The translations under genes were made by a program, and so were the position numbers. Below the pieces are notes generated by a model. The model saw only the letters and a list, made by a program, of their open reading frames with translations. It was not told the origin of the DNA and searched no databases. Below, one piece after another: positions 1 through 16,172 of a DNA stretch of 64,000 bases. The first letter of the stretch is position 1, and each line of letters begins with the position of its first letter. Origin of the DNA: Macrostomum lignano (Eukaryota). The stretch is taken from contig NIVC01000785.1 of the NCBI GenBank assembly GCA_002269645.1, positions 124,001 through 188,000 of the forward strand. Reading direction: 5' to 3'.

Positions 1-2791
1 CTATGAGTTCATTTTGCAGTTGCAAAGTTTTGTTGATTGCTGGGTCACTAGTTTGTCTTTTAAAGCATAGCGAAACTTACTTTTGGGATAGCCCTCGTAT
101 TTAAATGATCATTGTCTGGTGGGAGTATGTGACCATGAGATACCTGCATTTGGATCTTGAAATAACTAGATCTTGAGGTGAGGAGCATTTGTAAAACATT
201 TCTCTTCCCAGAAATTGGGAACAAGCAGAACTCCACGGTCTGACCAACGGCTGTAGAGCTGCTTGACTGCAGACCACCCTAGAATTCCAAGCCAATCCAG
301 ATCGAGCTGGCAGCCGCCTCCCCATCCCCAGACTCCGACTCGGGACTGCAGATTAAAACCCCATCTAGCTCAGCAACGCCTCAGCTTCGCATCCGCTATA
401 GATCTGGCTAAAATCTGGCCGGCCGAGTCCGAGCAACACTCAGCGAGTAAAAGGTAATTGGCAATTCGGAATTAATTATAAAGTCATATTCGTCTGCGTT
501 TCCGGTTTTTGTCGGAAAGTCCAGAAAGAAAAAAATTAGTCTACAGTTCGAACGCCTACGCTTAGCGCACTTCCTCCCCTTCGGAACTTTTGTCAACACT
601 CGCGCCCCGAAGTCTGTCGGCACAGACATTATTTATCTCCTCATCAAGGTTGATACATCCGGCCGTAGGCCGGAAGCTGAGGCTCCTACACCATCTCAGC
701 GCCTTCTTCTCGGTAATTGTCAGGTGAGGGCATTTCGCAGGCTAAGGCGAGGCAGGCCTGGCGCTGTAAACACGGCCTGCCGTCTCTTATCTGCTAGAGA
801 GCCATCGACTCTCCCCATCGGATTCTGAGACGGGTTTGGGGGCAGGAGAGGAGAGGAGAGGAGGCGAAGGCCCCCGATACGGTCTCTGGCAGCAGATGGA
901 CAGCGGGTATTAATAGTCTCACACTGCCTGCGTGCGCATATATGCTATCGCGTATACGTGCATAATTGCATATATGCTGCGGCCAGCCGAGCGAGCAGAA
1001 ACATCTCGCGATAGGTGGCGGCACAGCCTGTCGACAAACTGGCCATTCGGCTCATTCGATCATCTGAAATATTTGCCTAAGCACGACTGTCGTCTCGCAT
1101 CTCTGTCCGGGCTCCTGTTTCTCAGCCGACAGATTTATTCAACACCGATGGGATATTTCTCCCAAATTTCGTGGCCCGTAGTCTCTCCCTTGGGGGCGAC
1201 GGCACCTCAAGCGGCCTGAGGTCTTTAATTTGCACGCCCGCAGCTCAGATGTTTTGATATTCTCTCTGGCGATATGCAAATCGCGGATGCTGCTTCTGCG
1301 GCAGATTTCTTGCAGTGCCCTCCCGTCGACAAAATAAACAAAATAGACACCAATTCTGGCCTGCAGAAGTACACTGCTGCTTTTTTATCCTTTTCGATTT
1401 CACAAGAGATGCGATTTCCTTCGGGATGCACTTCCCAAGTACCCATGCAGTGACCACTTAAAAAAATAAAAATTGCAGGAAGGCTGTGGAAGCCCTGGCG
1501 CAACGCCAGAATAGAACTAGGGGTCGTGTCGCGAGAATCAAATGCGTTCCTTGCCAACCAGACCCTCCAGAGATCCTTGAGACCGTCTAAAGTGAACCCG
1601 GACGACAGTGTGCGGCACTGCTCAACGCTTAATCTGCGAACTAACCTTGGGGGCAACAAGAAAGAATAATTGCAAGAAAGATTAATATTTTAATGGTCTG
1701 GTGTCGATCTGCTGGTGTAAACACAACATCCATGGCGCACTCCTTACCCGAGGCGTCAAGACCCGCTTTCAGGGCGATTAATTTTGTGTTTTTTTTCAAC
1801 GCTGATCGGCTCACACTGAGCAGTAATTAGCGAATTGGTTCCTAATAAGGAATGCGCGCCCGACGGCGGAGGCGGCCTAACAACCCGGATGGAAGTCATG
1901 GAAGCAGACTCAAGAGCTGCAGTTTAAACATGCTTGCTTCCGGCTTTGAGAGATGAAATGCAGCGATGATTTTGAAATTACTTACGGGGGCTGCTTGAGG
2001 GCGGCGTCAGAGGTAACGAAATGCGCCATGGGAGGCGGCTGGCCTCATGTCAGGCCGACACTTGCTCCTGGCGAGTGGAGACGAGGGCGCTTTACGCCCC
2101 CGTCTGACCATGAGCACGTATCATGCTCCTGACACCCCATTGCTGCCGCTCCTGACACTCTCTTGCTGCCACAGCTGACTTGCGGTCTACAATGTTGCTC
2201 CAGGTTCAGATTGCTCGTTTAAAAGCACATCGTAAATATAGAAAAGTCCTTGCCAAACCTACACACACAAAGGTACTGCTTCAAACTGCATGATTATGAG
2301 CACTAACTATAAAAATGCGAACTACTCGACACAGAAAACGCAGATTCTACAGGAAGTCACCTTCGGTCCTCGTCCTGTCCTCTGCTAGCAATTTTAACTA
2401 TAAACTCATTTACTAATTCTCTTTGACCAGGATCACCTCTATCCCACCTCCTCACCTGCCTCACTAGTCAATCCCAATCTTGAGCCACTCCTGAGCCAAG
2501 TCATATACAGTCAGAGCCTACTCAAGTACTTATACATGTAACGGCCTAGGCCCTATTTTCACCTTACTTATAACTGTTACCGATAAAGCACTCGCACATT
2601 TGAATCATGCTGTGTGCAACTGGGATAAAGGTGGTGATAAATATTCATCTTACAGACACCCACGCCCGACGACAGCGAGTCTGCTTGCTTTTGAGGAGCC
2701 ATAAATCATCGATGCCAAGCTTATATCGGCTCCTCATCTGAACCACCGTACAGAGAGCCACGTCAGTCATAAACAGGACGTACTTGTAGTT

Positions 2792-3012
<221 letters not shown>

Positions 3013-3513
3013 ATAGTCGAGAACACTGTTAATTATTCCTTAGTTGCGTTGAGCCGGCCCGCTGTCAGCAGCTCAAAGCTGATGTTGCACGCCTCCCCCC
3101 CCTCATTTTCCGTACCCACCCGAGTTGCAGACCAGAAAATACACACACAGTGTGGAAGGGTCGCTCCCTCACTGGCTGCCAAAAACTCCTCCTCCCTCTC
3201 TCCCTCTCTCCTTCCCTATGCTTCCGTCCGCCGAGAACAGGGCAGGGTGCCGTCAGGGTGGGCGCAGCGGCTGAACTCAGTTGATTGAGTTCAGGGGATT
3301 GGAAGGAAGGCGGAGGAGAGACGGAGAGGGAAGTGCGGAGAGCCACGCGGTGCTGCTGAGGAGGGGAGTTGGTGGTGTCTCAAGCTGAGCCTGGACTCAG
3401 CCGACTTGACCCGCTTCCTTGGCTCCCCCAGCCCCGTTTTATCTACATCAGAGCCGGTGTGTTCAATCCAGCGTCAAAGTTTTACCCTCCCCACCAAAAC
3501 GGAGCCACTCGCG

Positions 3514-3696
3514 ATGAAGCCAGGCAGCTTCCTGAGCGTCAACCGGCGGTTGTGCATCGGCGTGACGGTCGGCCTGCTGCTGGAGACCGCGCTGCTCTGC
3601 TACCTGCTCATGCTGGAGCACACCGCGGCCCCGAAGCCGCTGTCCCGTCAGGAGAAGACGCTTGACGATGTGCTGCAGGATTTGACTGGTCGTTGA
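3514..3696 (+). CDS. Small single-pass membrane protein, 60 aa, family unknown
   Basis: ATG at 3514; MKPGSFLSVNRRLCIGVTVGLLLETALLCYLLMLEHTAAPKPLSRQEKTLDDVLQDLTGR*. Basic RR followed by a ~22-aa hydrophobic segment; GC3-rich codons like the neighbouring real exons; AG acceptor-like sites at 3450-3451 and 3470-3471 upstream. Confidence 0.6.
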   Translation: MKPGSFLSVNRRLCIGVTVGLLLETALLCYLLMLEHTAAPKPLSRQEKTLDDVLQDLTGR

Positions 3697-4138
3697 CTTG
3701 CGCTGAAGCTGAGCTCAATCTGAACTCTGTACTGAGCTCAATCTGAACTCAGATTTCTGAACTAAATCTGAGTAAAAGACGCACAAAGATATCTTTTAAA
3801 GCATTTAAACCTAAAACGATAGCGTGGTTAGTGGTTAGTAACTCCTGACGGGTCGAAAGACCCATTGATGGCCTGATTTGGTCTTGTTTGTGAACAAAAA
3901 TACAATGAGCCTCACTAAATTTATTCAAACAAAATTTTTGGCACGTTTTCAATGTCTTTCTACCTTTTACAAATATTACAAGCAATTGAAAAGATCCAAC
4001 TTACAATCAGTCGTTTTTTGCAATCGAATTCTGCTGTCGTTTCTAAGAAATTCCTTCTGCAATCAACTCATTTCAGTTGCAAACTTCTCGATCTGTTGCT
4101 ACAGCAAAGAATTGGATAAGAAAAACAAAAGTACAATT

Positions 4139-5478
4139 ATGCGACTGTATTCGCTGCAGCTGGTGTACAAGCAGGATAGCCGCGTCACCCCGCTGGTTGC
4201 CGCTCACGATCTGTCATCGTTCGGCTTCTTTGAACGGAAAACGTGAGCGTGTAATAGGTTCCACCTGAACTGCAAATTAGGTTCCACCTGAACTGCAAAT
4301 TAGGTTCCACCTGAACTGCAAATTAGGTTCCACCTGAACTGCAAATTAGGTTCCACCTGAACTGCAAATTAGGTTCCACCTGAACAGCAAATTAGGTTCC
4401 ACCTGAACTGCAAATTAGGTTCCACCTGAACTGCAAATTAGGTTCCACCTGAACTGCAAATTAGGTTCCACCTGAACTGCAAATTAGGTTCCACCTGAAC
4501 TGCAAATTAGGTTCCACCTGAAGTGAAATTAGATGCCACTAAAGTGAATATCTGTACTTGAAATGTTCATCATTCCATCACTTATCACTAAGCCGAATAC
4601 TTCAACTCTCTCTCTCTCTTTCGCCATCGCACAGGGCCAAGGAGTTCATGGACTTCACCGGCAAGCTGATTGTGGAGCGGTCGGCCCCGGACTCCGGGCG
4701 CAGCCAGGTGCCCGAGCAGTCCTACATCTGCCATTGCTTTGTCCGCAACGACAAACTGGCCGGAATCTGCATCTCGGACAGCGAGTACCCGGCCAGGGTG
4801 GCTCAGAGTCTTCTCAGCCAGGTGCTAATTGACGTATATACGTGCTCGTAATAGAAATTACCTAACTGCTGTGTCAGCGGTGTCTTTGATTTGAATAATT
4901 CTTTTAACTTTCAGGTGATGGATGACTTCACGGAGTACTACCCGCCAAGCAGCTGGCAGACTTTCCAGCCATAGTGAGTCTGACTGAATTTATTCATTGC
5001 TTAATCGTTTTAATTATTGGCTGTTAAAGCTAAGTATGCAGTTATTGATTTTAGAATGGAAAATTCCATATAAGTAAACTCCAATAGTAGTTTGTATGGT
5101 GGAAACTTCCATAGCGGGAAATTCCAATAGTGGTTTGTATGATGAGAAATTCCATAGCGGAAAATTCTAAAAGTACTTTTAGAACGGAAATTTCCATATC
5201 AGAAACTCCGAACCGATAAAACTCGCAGCCAAGCGCAGTTCAAGCAGCTGGAGGCTGAACTCGCCCGCTACCAGGACCCCAAGAAGGCGGACGCGTTGTC
5301 AAAAGTTCAAGGCGACGTCAACGATACCAAAGCTATCATGACGCAGACGATGGAGAATCTGCTAGACCGCGGCGAGAAGCTGGACGATCTGGTCGCTCGA
5401 TCGGACGCACTCAGCGCCCAGAGCAAAGCCTTTTACGAGACGGCCAAGAGGACCCGCAGGTGTTGCAACGCGCTGTGA
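4139..5478 (+). CDS. YKT6: Synaptobrevin homolog YKT6 (longin-domain R-SNARE), 199 aa
   Basis: Exons 4139-4242, 4635-4821, 4915-4973, 5229-5478; all GT-AG and phase-consistent (600 nt). Longin motifs SSFGFFER, EFMDFT, ICHCFVRND, DSEYPARVA; R-SNARE core LLDRGEKLDDLV; C-terminal CCNAL prenylation motif and no TM helix. Confidence 0.97.
4255..4522. repeat. 23-bp minisatellite in YKT6 intron 1
   Basis: Unit TAGGTTCCACCTGAACTGCAAAT, ~11-12 near-perfect copies. Confidence 0.95.
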
Positions 5479-7302
5479 AGTGGACCAGGGCAAGGGATGA
5501 TAAGCGCTTCTAGAGCCGGCGAAGCCCCTTTTTTGGACAACCCACTTAATTATGAAACCGTCATTATACTAGCAAACAACATTGGTATTCGCCATTGAAT
5601 ATGGGTGCGCAGCTATTTTCCTTAGTCAGCTTTTGGTGTATATAATCTTGAATTGTTAACTTATTATGAGATGGAACATTAGATAGACACTTGATAAACT
5701 GACACGTCGCATGTTAGATGGACACCTGTTAGACATAGGCGTCACCTAGTTCTTAAATAGAGACGTGCCATTGGTGTTTCACATCCTCCAAATTTCGTAT
5801 TAATTCCAGTGACATTCGACTTCCCAATCCCCAATCGTCAAAGCTCTTAAAATTCCTAATAGAAGGTCAGTTAAATTCTATACCAAATGGTATTTGTTTT
5901 TACATAGATTTATATATTCCACCTGTCATCTGGCAGTGCAATAATCTCCATTTTTAAAACTCATTTCAGTAAGTTTTGTGCAACTCACGTCTGTCCCGTC
6001 TTTCCAGGCATATCAAAACAACAAAAACCGCTTACTGTTTGCAACGATTTTCCATTTTGTTGGTAGACAGAAACCCGCAGATGCTCTGCCAGTACGCGTC
6101 GCCAGTGTTTAAAGTCTCCCAATCGCAATCTTATTTTTTAGTATAGTGGACTAGCAATTTCCCCCCCCCTTTGTGGAGGTAACAAAGAAAGAAAATTAAA
6201 AAATTATACACAATGTAGCTTTAGACCTTGTACAGTCACTGTTAGTTTCCTAAGGAAAAATACGTGTCTAGCCTAAGAATCAGCACCTCCTTTGAGCTTT
6301 GGCATCAAAGCCGCCCTCTAAGCCATGGCTTACGAGTAACGATCTAAGCCTAAATCTCCCACTAGGCAACTTTCTTTTTTAAATGAAATTCGCTGGAAAC
6401 AATACGTCTAGAAAATCGCACATTATCCAGGTTAAACAACAACTGGAATTACTTTTTCGACTGTGCTTGTTTGCCGGTCTCCGAGGAAATTTTAACAAAA
6501 CGCATACTTACTTAGTTAGTAGTTTCGGAAGTTCAGATGGTAAATTATCAATGGTGAACAGTGATCTTTGAAATTAATCGCTTCAATGTACATCGCTGCT
6601 CGCTGTTAAAAAAACAAAACTGTTGATTGTATTGTTTTTCGCTTCAAATATTGCATTCGTCCGGTCTGCATTTGTGCAGCTGTTTACTTACCCCAGATTT
6701 CTGACTTATTCGCTAATTCTCGTATTATCTCACCTGTATGCTTGTTATTGCCCCCCGAGCTTAAAAATTTTGTTTGTTAAAAAGCGGATTAAGGGCCTTT
6801 TGAATGATTTGAAATATTTGACAAAAAATACACGCGCTTTCTGTCGTCAAATTTTATCTCTGCGGCCTCTGTATGTAGGGGAGGGGGGTTGGGTTTAAGG
6901 ACGTCGAGCTGCATGGACTACTATTTAGTGGCTCGAAGATAGCAAAGTCGAAATACTAAATAGTGCAAGTGAGATTTGTTAACTCAAGACTTAACTGGTT
7001 TCGGCTTATCAGCTTCTCTTATCGGTGAGCAATTGTGAAAGGTGCCAGAGCAAAGGTTTTATAAAAACTCTTTTTCAACGGCGAATGAATGGTAAATGCT
7101 AAAAGAAAGCATTTACCCAGCGAGCTAAGCAAATAGGGTCGCCCAGCAAATTCTGGTAAGTTAGCTTTCATCGTCACTTCATTAAAAAAATGCCCGATGC
7201 TTGTTAGACTGATGCCAAATGTTGGATCAATACCTGTTAGAGATAATGCGACGAGTAATTAGTCAAAAGCGGGACCTGGTTGAACAGAAACGTCCTCTGG
7301 AA

Positions 7303-7465
7303 GACAGACACGTCACTTGTTAGACAGAGGCGTCACTTGTTAGACAGAGGCGCCACCTGTTAGACAGAGACGCCACCTGTTAGACAGACACGCCACCTGT
7401 TAGACAGAGACGCCACCTGTTAGACAGACACGCCACCTGTTAGACAGAGACGCCACTTGTTAGTT
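7303..7465. repeat. 20-bp minisatellite
   Basis: Unit CCTGTTAGACAGAGACGCCA, ~8 copies; degenerate relative at ~5700-5770. Confidence 0.9.
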
Positions 7466-7721
7466 GGGATTTTCTAAAGCTGCATGTCTGAAAGGCAAGG
7501 GTATTAAAAGGGCACGTCAGCTTGAGCGCGCTCCGGATTAAACGAATTGCAATCGGTAATCCTCGGACAAGTCGACAAGAAATTCGAGACAGTCAAACGC
7601 AGTCGTTTATTTGGAGACCCAAAGGAAAAATGTGCACCTTTTGCACCTGTTTTAGGCTCAAGCAAACTGAGTTTAACAGCCGAAGTCAAACCAAGAAAAG
7701 AGCAGCGCAGCTCAAAGCCCA

Positions 7722-12309
<4,588 letters not shown>

Positions 12310-12713
12310 CGCTACACGAAAAAAGGATTTTTTTGCTTTTTTAAGCACCGTTAAATAAAAGTGCAAAAACCAAGGGATAAATGGTCTAGTCTAGAAACTT
12401 AGTGTACATTAGTGCACTCCCAAACTTGGAACTCCAAATTGTACTAGTGGCGTAAGAGCCTACTCAATGGCTGAGGCGCCGGATTTACTTATTTAGTTAG
12501 TAGTCAATGGGAAGAACAGAAAAAGTTCAGTTACAGGTTAAATTCATAGCAGGTACTCCAAATGATCGTAGATTAAGATATTTCTACGTTTTCTGTTTCT
12601 CTGCGTTTCTGTCGTCTATTGCCGGGCCGGGTGGGGAACAAATATTTTTCTGCAGTCTATAGCCAGGCCCGCGTGAGGAACGAATATATTTCTGTAGTCT
12701 ATGGCCAGGCCTA

Positions 12714-13086
12714 GTTTATTTTTTTATTCGTAGAGGCAGGGGGGGGGTTGTGTGCACCCTGGCGCACTTTAAGCGACATAGGCACACAACCGGCGAGAGG
12801 CATTACTGCCCATTCCGCCGACTCCCATGAGAAGGCATACAAGCGCGCGGATACGTACGCAGGCACACACTCACACAGGAGTGTACAGCGGCCCTAACTT
12901 TATAATATCGTTAGGCATGTACACTTCTCTGCGCCTTGGGGGTTGGCTCTCAAGGCCGTTAATTGCACGAGCAGAGCCAAGCCGAGATTCCAATTGAGCC
13001 CCAAATTAATGTGACTGCACTTGGAATCGAGCCTGGGTCGCTGGCACACCAGAGCAGCTGCGCTACCGCTGGGCTACGGCCCCCCT
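12714..13086 (-). mobile_element. tRNA-derived SINE with 14-bp target-site duplication
   Basis: Minus-strand head GGGGCCGTAGCCCAGCGG (A box) ... GGCTCGATTCC (B box); A-rich tail at ~12714-12727; direct repeat TATGGCCAGGCCTA at 12700-12713 and 13087-13100. A diverged body fragment lies at ~46030-46155. Confidence 0.85.
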
Positions 13087-13233
13087 TATGGCCAGGCCTA
13101 AGTGGGGAATAAAATGCTGGAGTTAAGATACTTTTTACAACAAGTAATTCAAGACAAAATTATCATTTTTTGTGTTGGAGAACAAATAGGGAAACTTTTT
13201 AATTAGGGCAACTCGATCATACTACGCCCTAAT

Positions 13234-13446
13234 TTATTTACAGGTGGACATGAGGCAGATGGCGGAGTCCGGATCCAATGCTGGAGCAAACAGGAACTCA
13301 TCTGTTAGCCTGCGAAATCGGGCCAGCGGCGGTCTTGATAACTCAGCCTTCGTGTCCGACACTGCCGGAAAGTCATCGACTGATGGAGCTCTGACGGAGG
13401 TGCAGATGTGATAATGGGACAAAGGTACTTGCAGTCGGAACTGCAC
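13234..13446 (-). CDS. Possible orphan terminal exon (VQFRLQVPLSHYHICT...CLMSTCK*)
   Basis: CAG acceptor ending at 13447, 70 open codons, stop overlapping AATAAA. No upstream partner exon or homology recognised. Confidence 0.25.
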   Translation of the reverse strand: MQFRLQVPLSHYHICTSVRAPSVDDFPAVSDTKAELSRPPLARFRRLTDEFLFAPALDPDSAICLMSTCK

Positions 13447-13479
13447 CTGATCGAGGCTAATTTGGTCTGACTAAATCTT

Positions 13480-13750
13480 CCATCACTTTGAAATCCCTCC
13501 CATCACTTTGCAGTCACTCCCGTCACTTTGCAGTCACTGCCATCACTTTGCAATCCCTCCCGTCACACACTATAGTCACTCCCGTCACTTTGCAGTCACT
13601 CCCGTCACTTTGCAATCACTCCCGTCCCTTTGCAATCACTCCCATCACTTTGCAATCACTCCCGTCACTTTGCAATCACTCCCGTCCCTTTGCAATCACT
13701 CCCATCACTTTGCAATCACTCCCGTCACTTTGCAGTCACTCCCATCACTT
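13480..13750. repeat. 20-bp degenerate minisatellite
   Basis: Unit ~CACTCCCGTCACTTTGCAAT. Confidence 0.9.
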
Positions 13751-15516
13751 TTTAAGCAAATTAATGTGAAGAACTACACTATTCTCAATCAGGCAGAAAA
13801 TTAATTTTACGAGGAATTATCGTATTATCTCTATATCCACAATGGTATCTGTACAATGAACCTAAGACTTAATTTTTTTTCGTCTGTTCGGCGCGATGCA
13901 CATCGTTGCTAGCCTTTTTTATTTAACATTTCAAATATGTACTTGTATCTTACTACTACTCCCTGAAATTGCCCTAGTAGCATGATTGGCTCTTGTGTTT
14001 TGGCAAAACAAATAAATAAAAAATTGAAAACAATCAAGCAAACAAAAGCGCAGGTTTATTGGATATAAGTCGGTGAAATATATTGATTTTATCTGAGACA
14101 ATGCCGCTCTCTGCAGGTAGTGCCAGGGTCCAAAAACCCAGCACGTAGTTTTTGTTTGCATCTTTTTTGCTCTCGTTTATTATATTTCTGTTTATGAATA
14201 GGCTCTTTCCAGTTTGGGGAATTTCTCCTCAGTTAGAAATCTCGCGACAAACCGAATGGGAAAAAATTTCTGAAGCAAATTAAAAGCAAAACAGAAAAAT
14301 AATGCAAAGGGAACAGCAGATTTGATGTGGCTTTCTGTGCGATGCTGTTTTGGAGAAAACATAACAAATAAATTGGTCTCTCTGTGTTACTAATGACATA
14401 TGTATATGGTACATACACGAATACAAATTAACTTTCAATAACTAACAATTGTTTCATTCGCTCTGCTAAGAATGGGGACTGTCTTTACCGCTGGCAACAG
14501 GTTAGCAACTGCTGGTGGATCACGAAGCGGGGAAAATATTTCCAATATTTTTAAGTGCGAAAAATGTTTGTGGTGAGGGGGGGGGAGCAAAAGTGGGTTG
14601 CGAGAATGTGAGAAAATTTCAGAATTCGATCAAGGAGAAACGCAAAAACGCACTGTTTAACCTCACCGGATTCATTGAGTGCTTGGACTTGAGAGCGGAG
14701 ACTTACTGGGTCTCGAATGTCACTGAATTCGCTCGATTGAGAAACGAAAGCGAAAGTAAAATCCAATGCGACAAGAACGAAATCCTTACTTAAAACTGAC
14801 AGCATCAATCAAACCTTTTTTGGCCGCGAAGGAAATCAAATTAAGAAAATGAATTTGTTTAAAATAAGCAAAATTAAATGCAGCAGTAAAACAAAAATCA
14901 AGGATGCAACTAAACTAAATAGTGACCTTGTGTGAGTCATTTTTTTCTTTTTCAAAAAAATTACAATTTTAATTGCCAAGGCGGTTGCCATGGCGCGAGG
15001 AACTGTGTAGAATTCTGCGTTAATCATGAGCAGGTACAACAGTGCTTGGCGGGGCGGTGGGGGCTGGCACGACAGTCTCTGTCTTGTACTTTGTGGTCTT
15101 TGTATCAATCAGTGAACTATTAGCAGCGACTAAATAAAAAGAGGTTTTTTTATGGCGCAATTAACCTTCAATTCCCTTCGGTGTCTGAGGCAATTGTTCA
15201 AGTAATGAAAGCTGAAGACTGAAAAACGGTCGGATATGATATGACAGTGACCAGGAAGAAGGAACAGGAAGAGAGAAGATTAGAAAATCAGAGCTAAAGA
15301 AATAGAAGGAACAATGAACTATTTAGGCCCAACAGAGAAGCTTTAGTCTGCATGGCTGTTTGCCAAAAACTTTCTGGTATACTGCAAGACTATTTACACA
15401 AAAATTGCGGATTGGGGTGTACTCCGGAGAGCACTGGGTCGCCAGTTAATCTGGAAGCTTATCTTTTATGTAGTTTGTACTCTTTCTGGGTAAGGCAGGA
15501 CGCTATGGACACGTGG

Positions 15517-15895
15517 ACGGGGTATTGTCAACAGGTAAGGCAGGGTATTGTTACCAGGTAAGGCGGGGTATTGTCACCAGATAGGACGATGTGTTGTCAC
15601 CGGGTAAGACAGGGTATTTTCACTAGGTAGGACGGGGTATTGTCACCAGGTATAACGGGATATTGTCACCAGGTTGGTGGGGTATTGTCACCATGTTGGT
15701 GGGGTATTGTCACCATGTTGATGGGGTATTGTCACCATGTTGGTGGGGTATTGTCACCAGGTTAGTGGGGTATTGTCACCAGGTTGGTGGGATATTGTCA
15801 CCAGGTTGGTGGGGTATTGTCACCAGGTTGGTGGGGTATTGTCACCAGGTTGGTGGGGTATTGTCACCAGGTTGGTGGGGTATTGTCACCAGGTA
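15517..15895. repeat. 22-bp minisatellite
   Basis: Unit GGGGTATTGTCACCAGGTTGGT, more diverged toward its left end. Confidence 0.93.
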
Positions 15896-16172
15896 GTGGG
15901 GGGCATTTTTCGAGAAAGACACGTTGGGAATTCAAAGAGAACAGAGATCGGAGTTGAAGAATGAACGAACAGTAAGATTGAGAATTTCAATCCATACACA
16001 GAAGCGCGCATTGAGCAGTACACAGAGGACAAAGGATAAAGACTATGTAGATTAGATTCGCGCAAGGAATGACAAGGACCCACTGTCGCACAGGTAGCAA
16101 CCAATTTTGGTATGTGTATAAAGACACCAGAGCACGCTTGGCGAGGTCGAACAAATGCCTGACTGGAATAGC

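Noticed and set aside
1-2790. Short ORFs in the first 2.8 kb
   Set aside because: No recognisable motifs and no consistent exon chain could be built.
13015-13086. tRNA genes (also 62640-62716 and 34650-34715)
   Set aside because: A/B boxes are present but I cannot fold a full cloverleaf with matching acceptor stems, and they continue into SINE or Helitron bodies.
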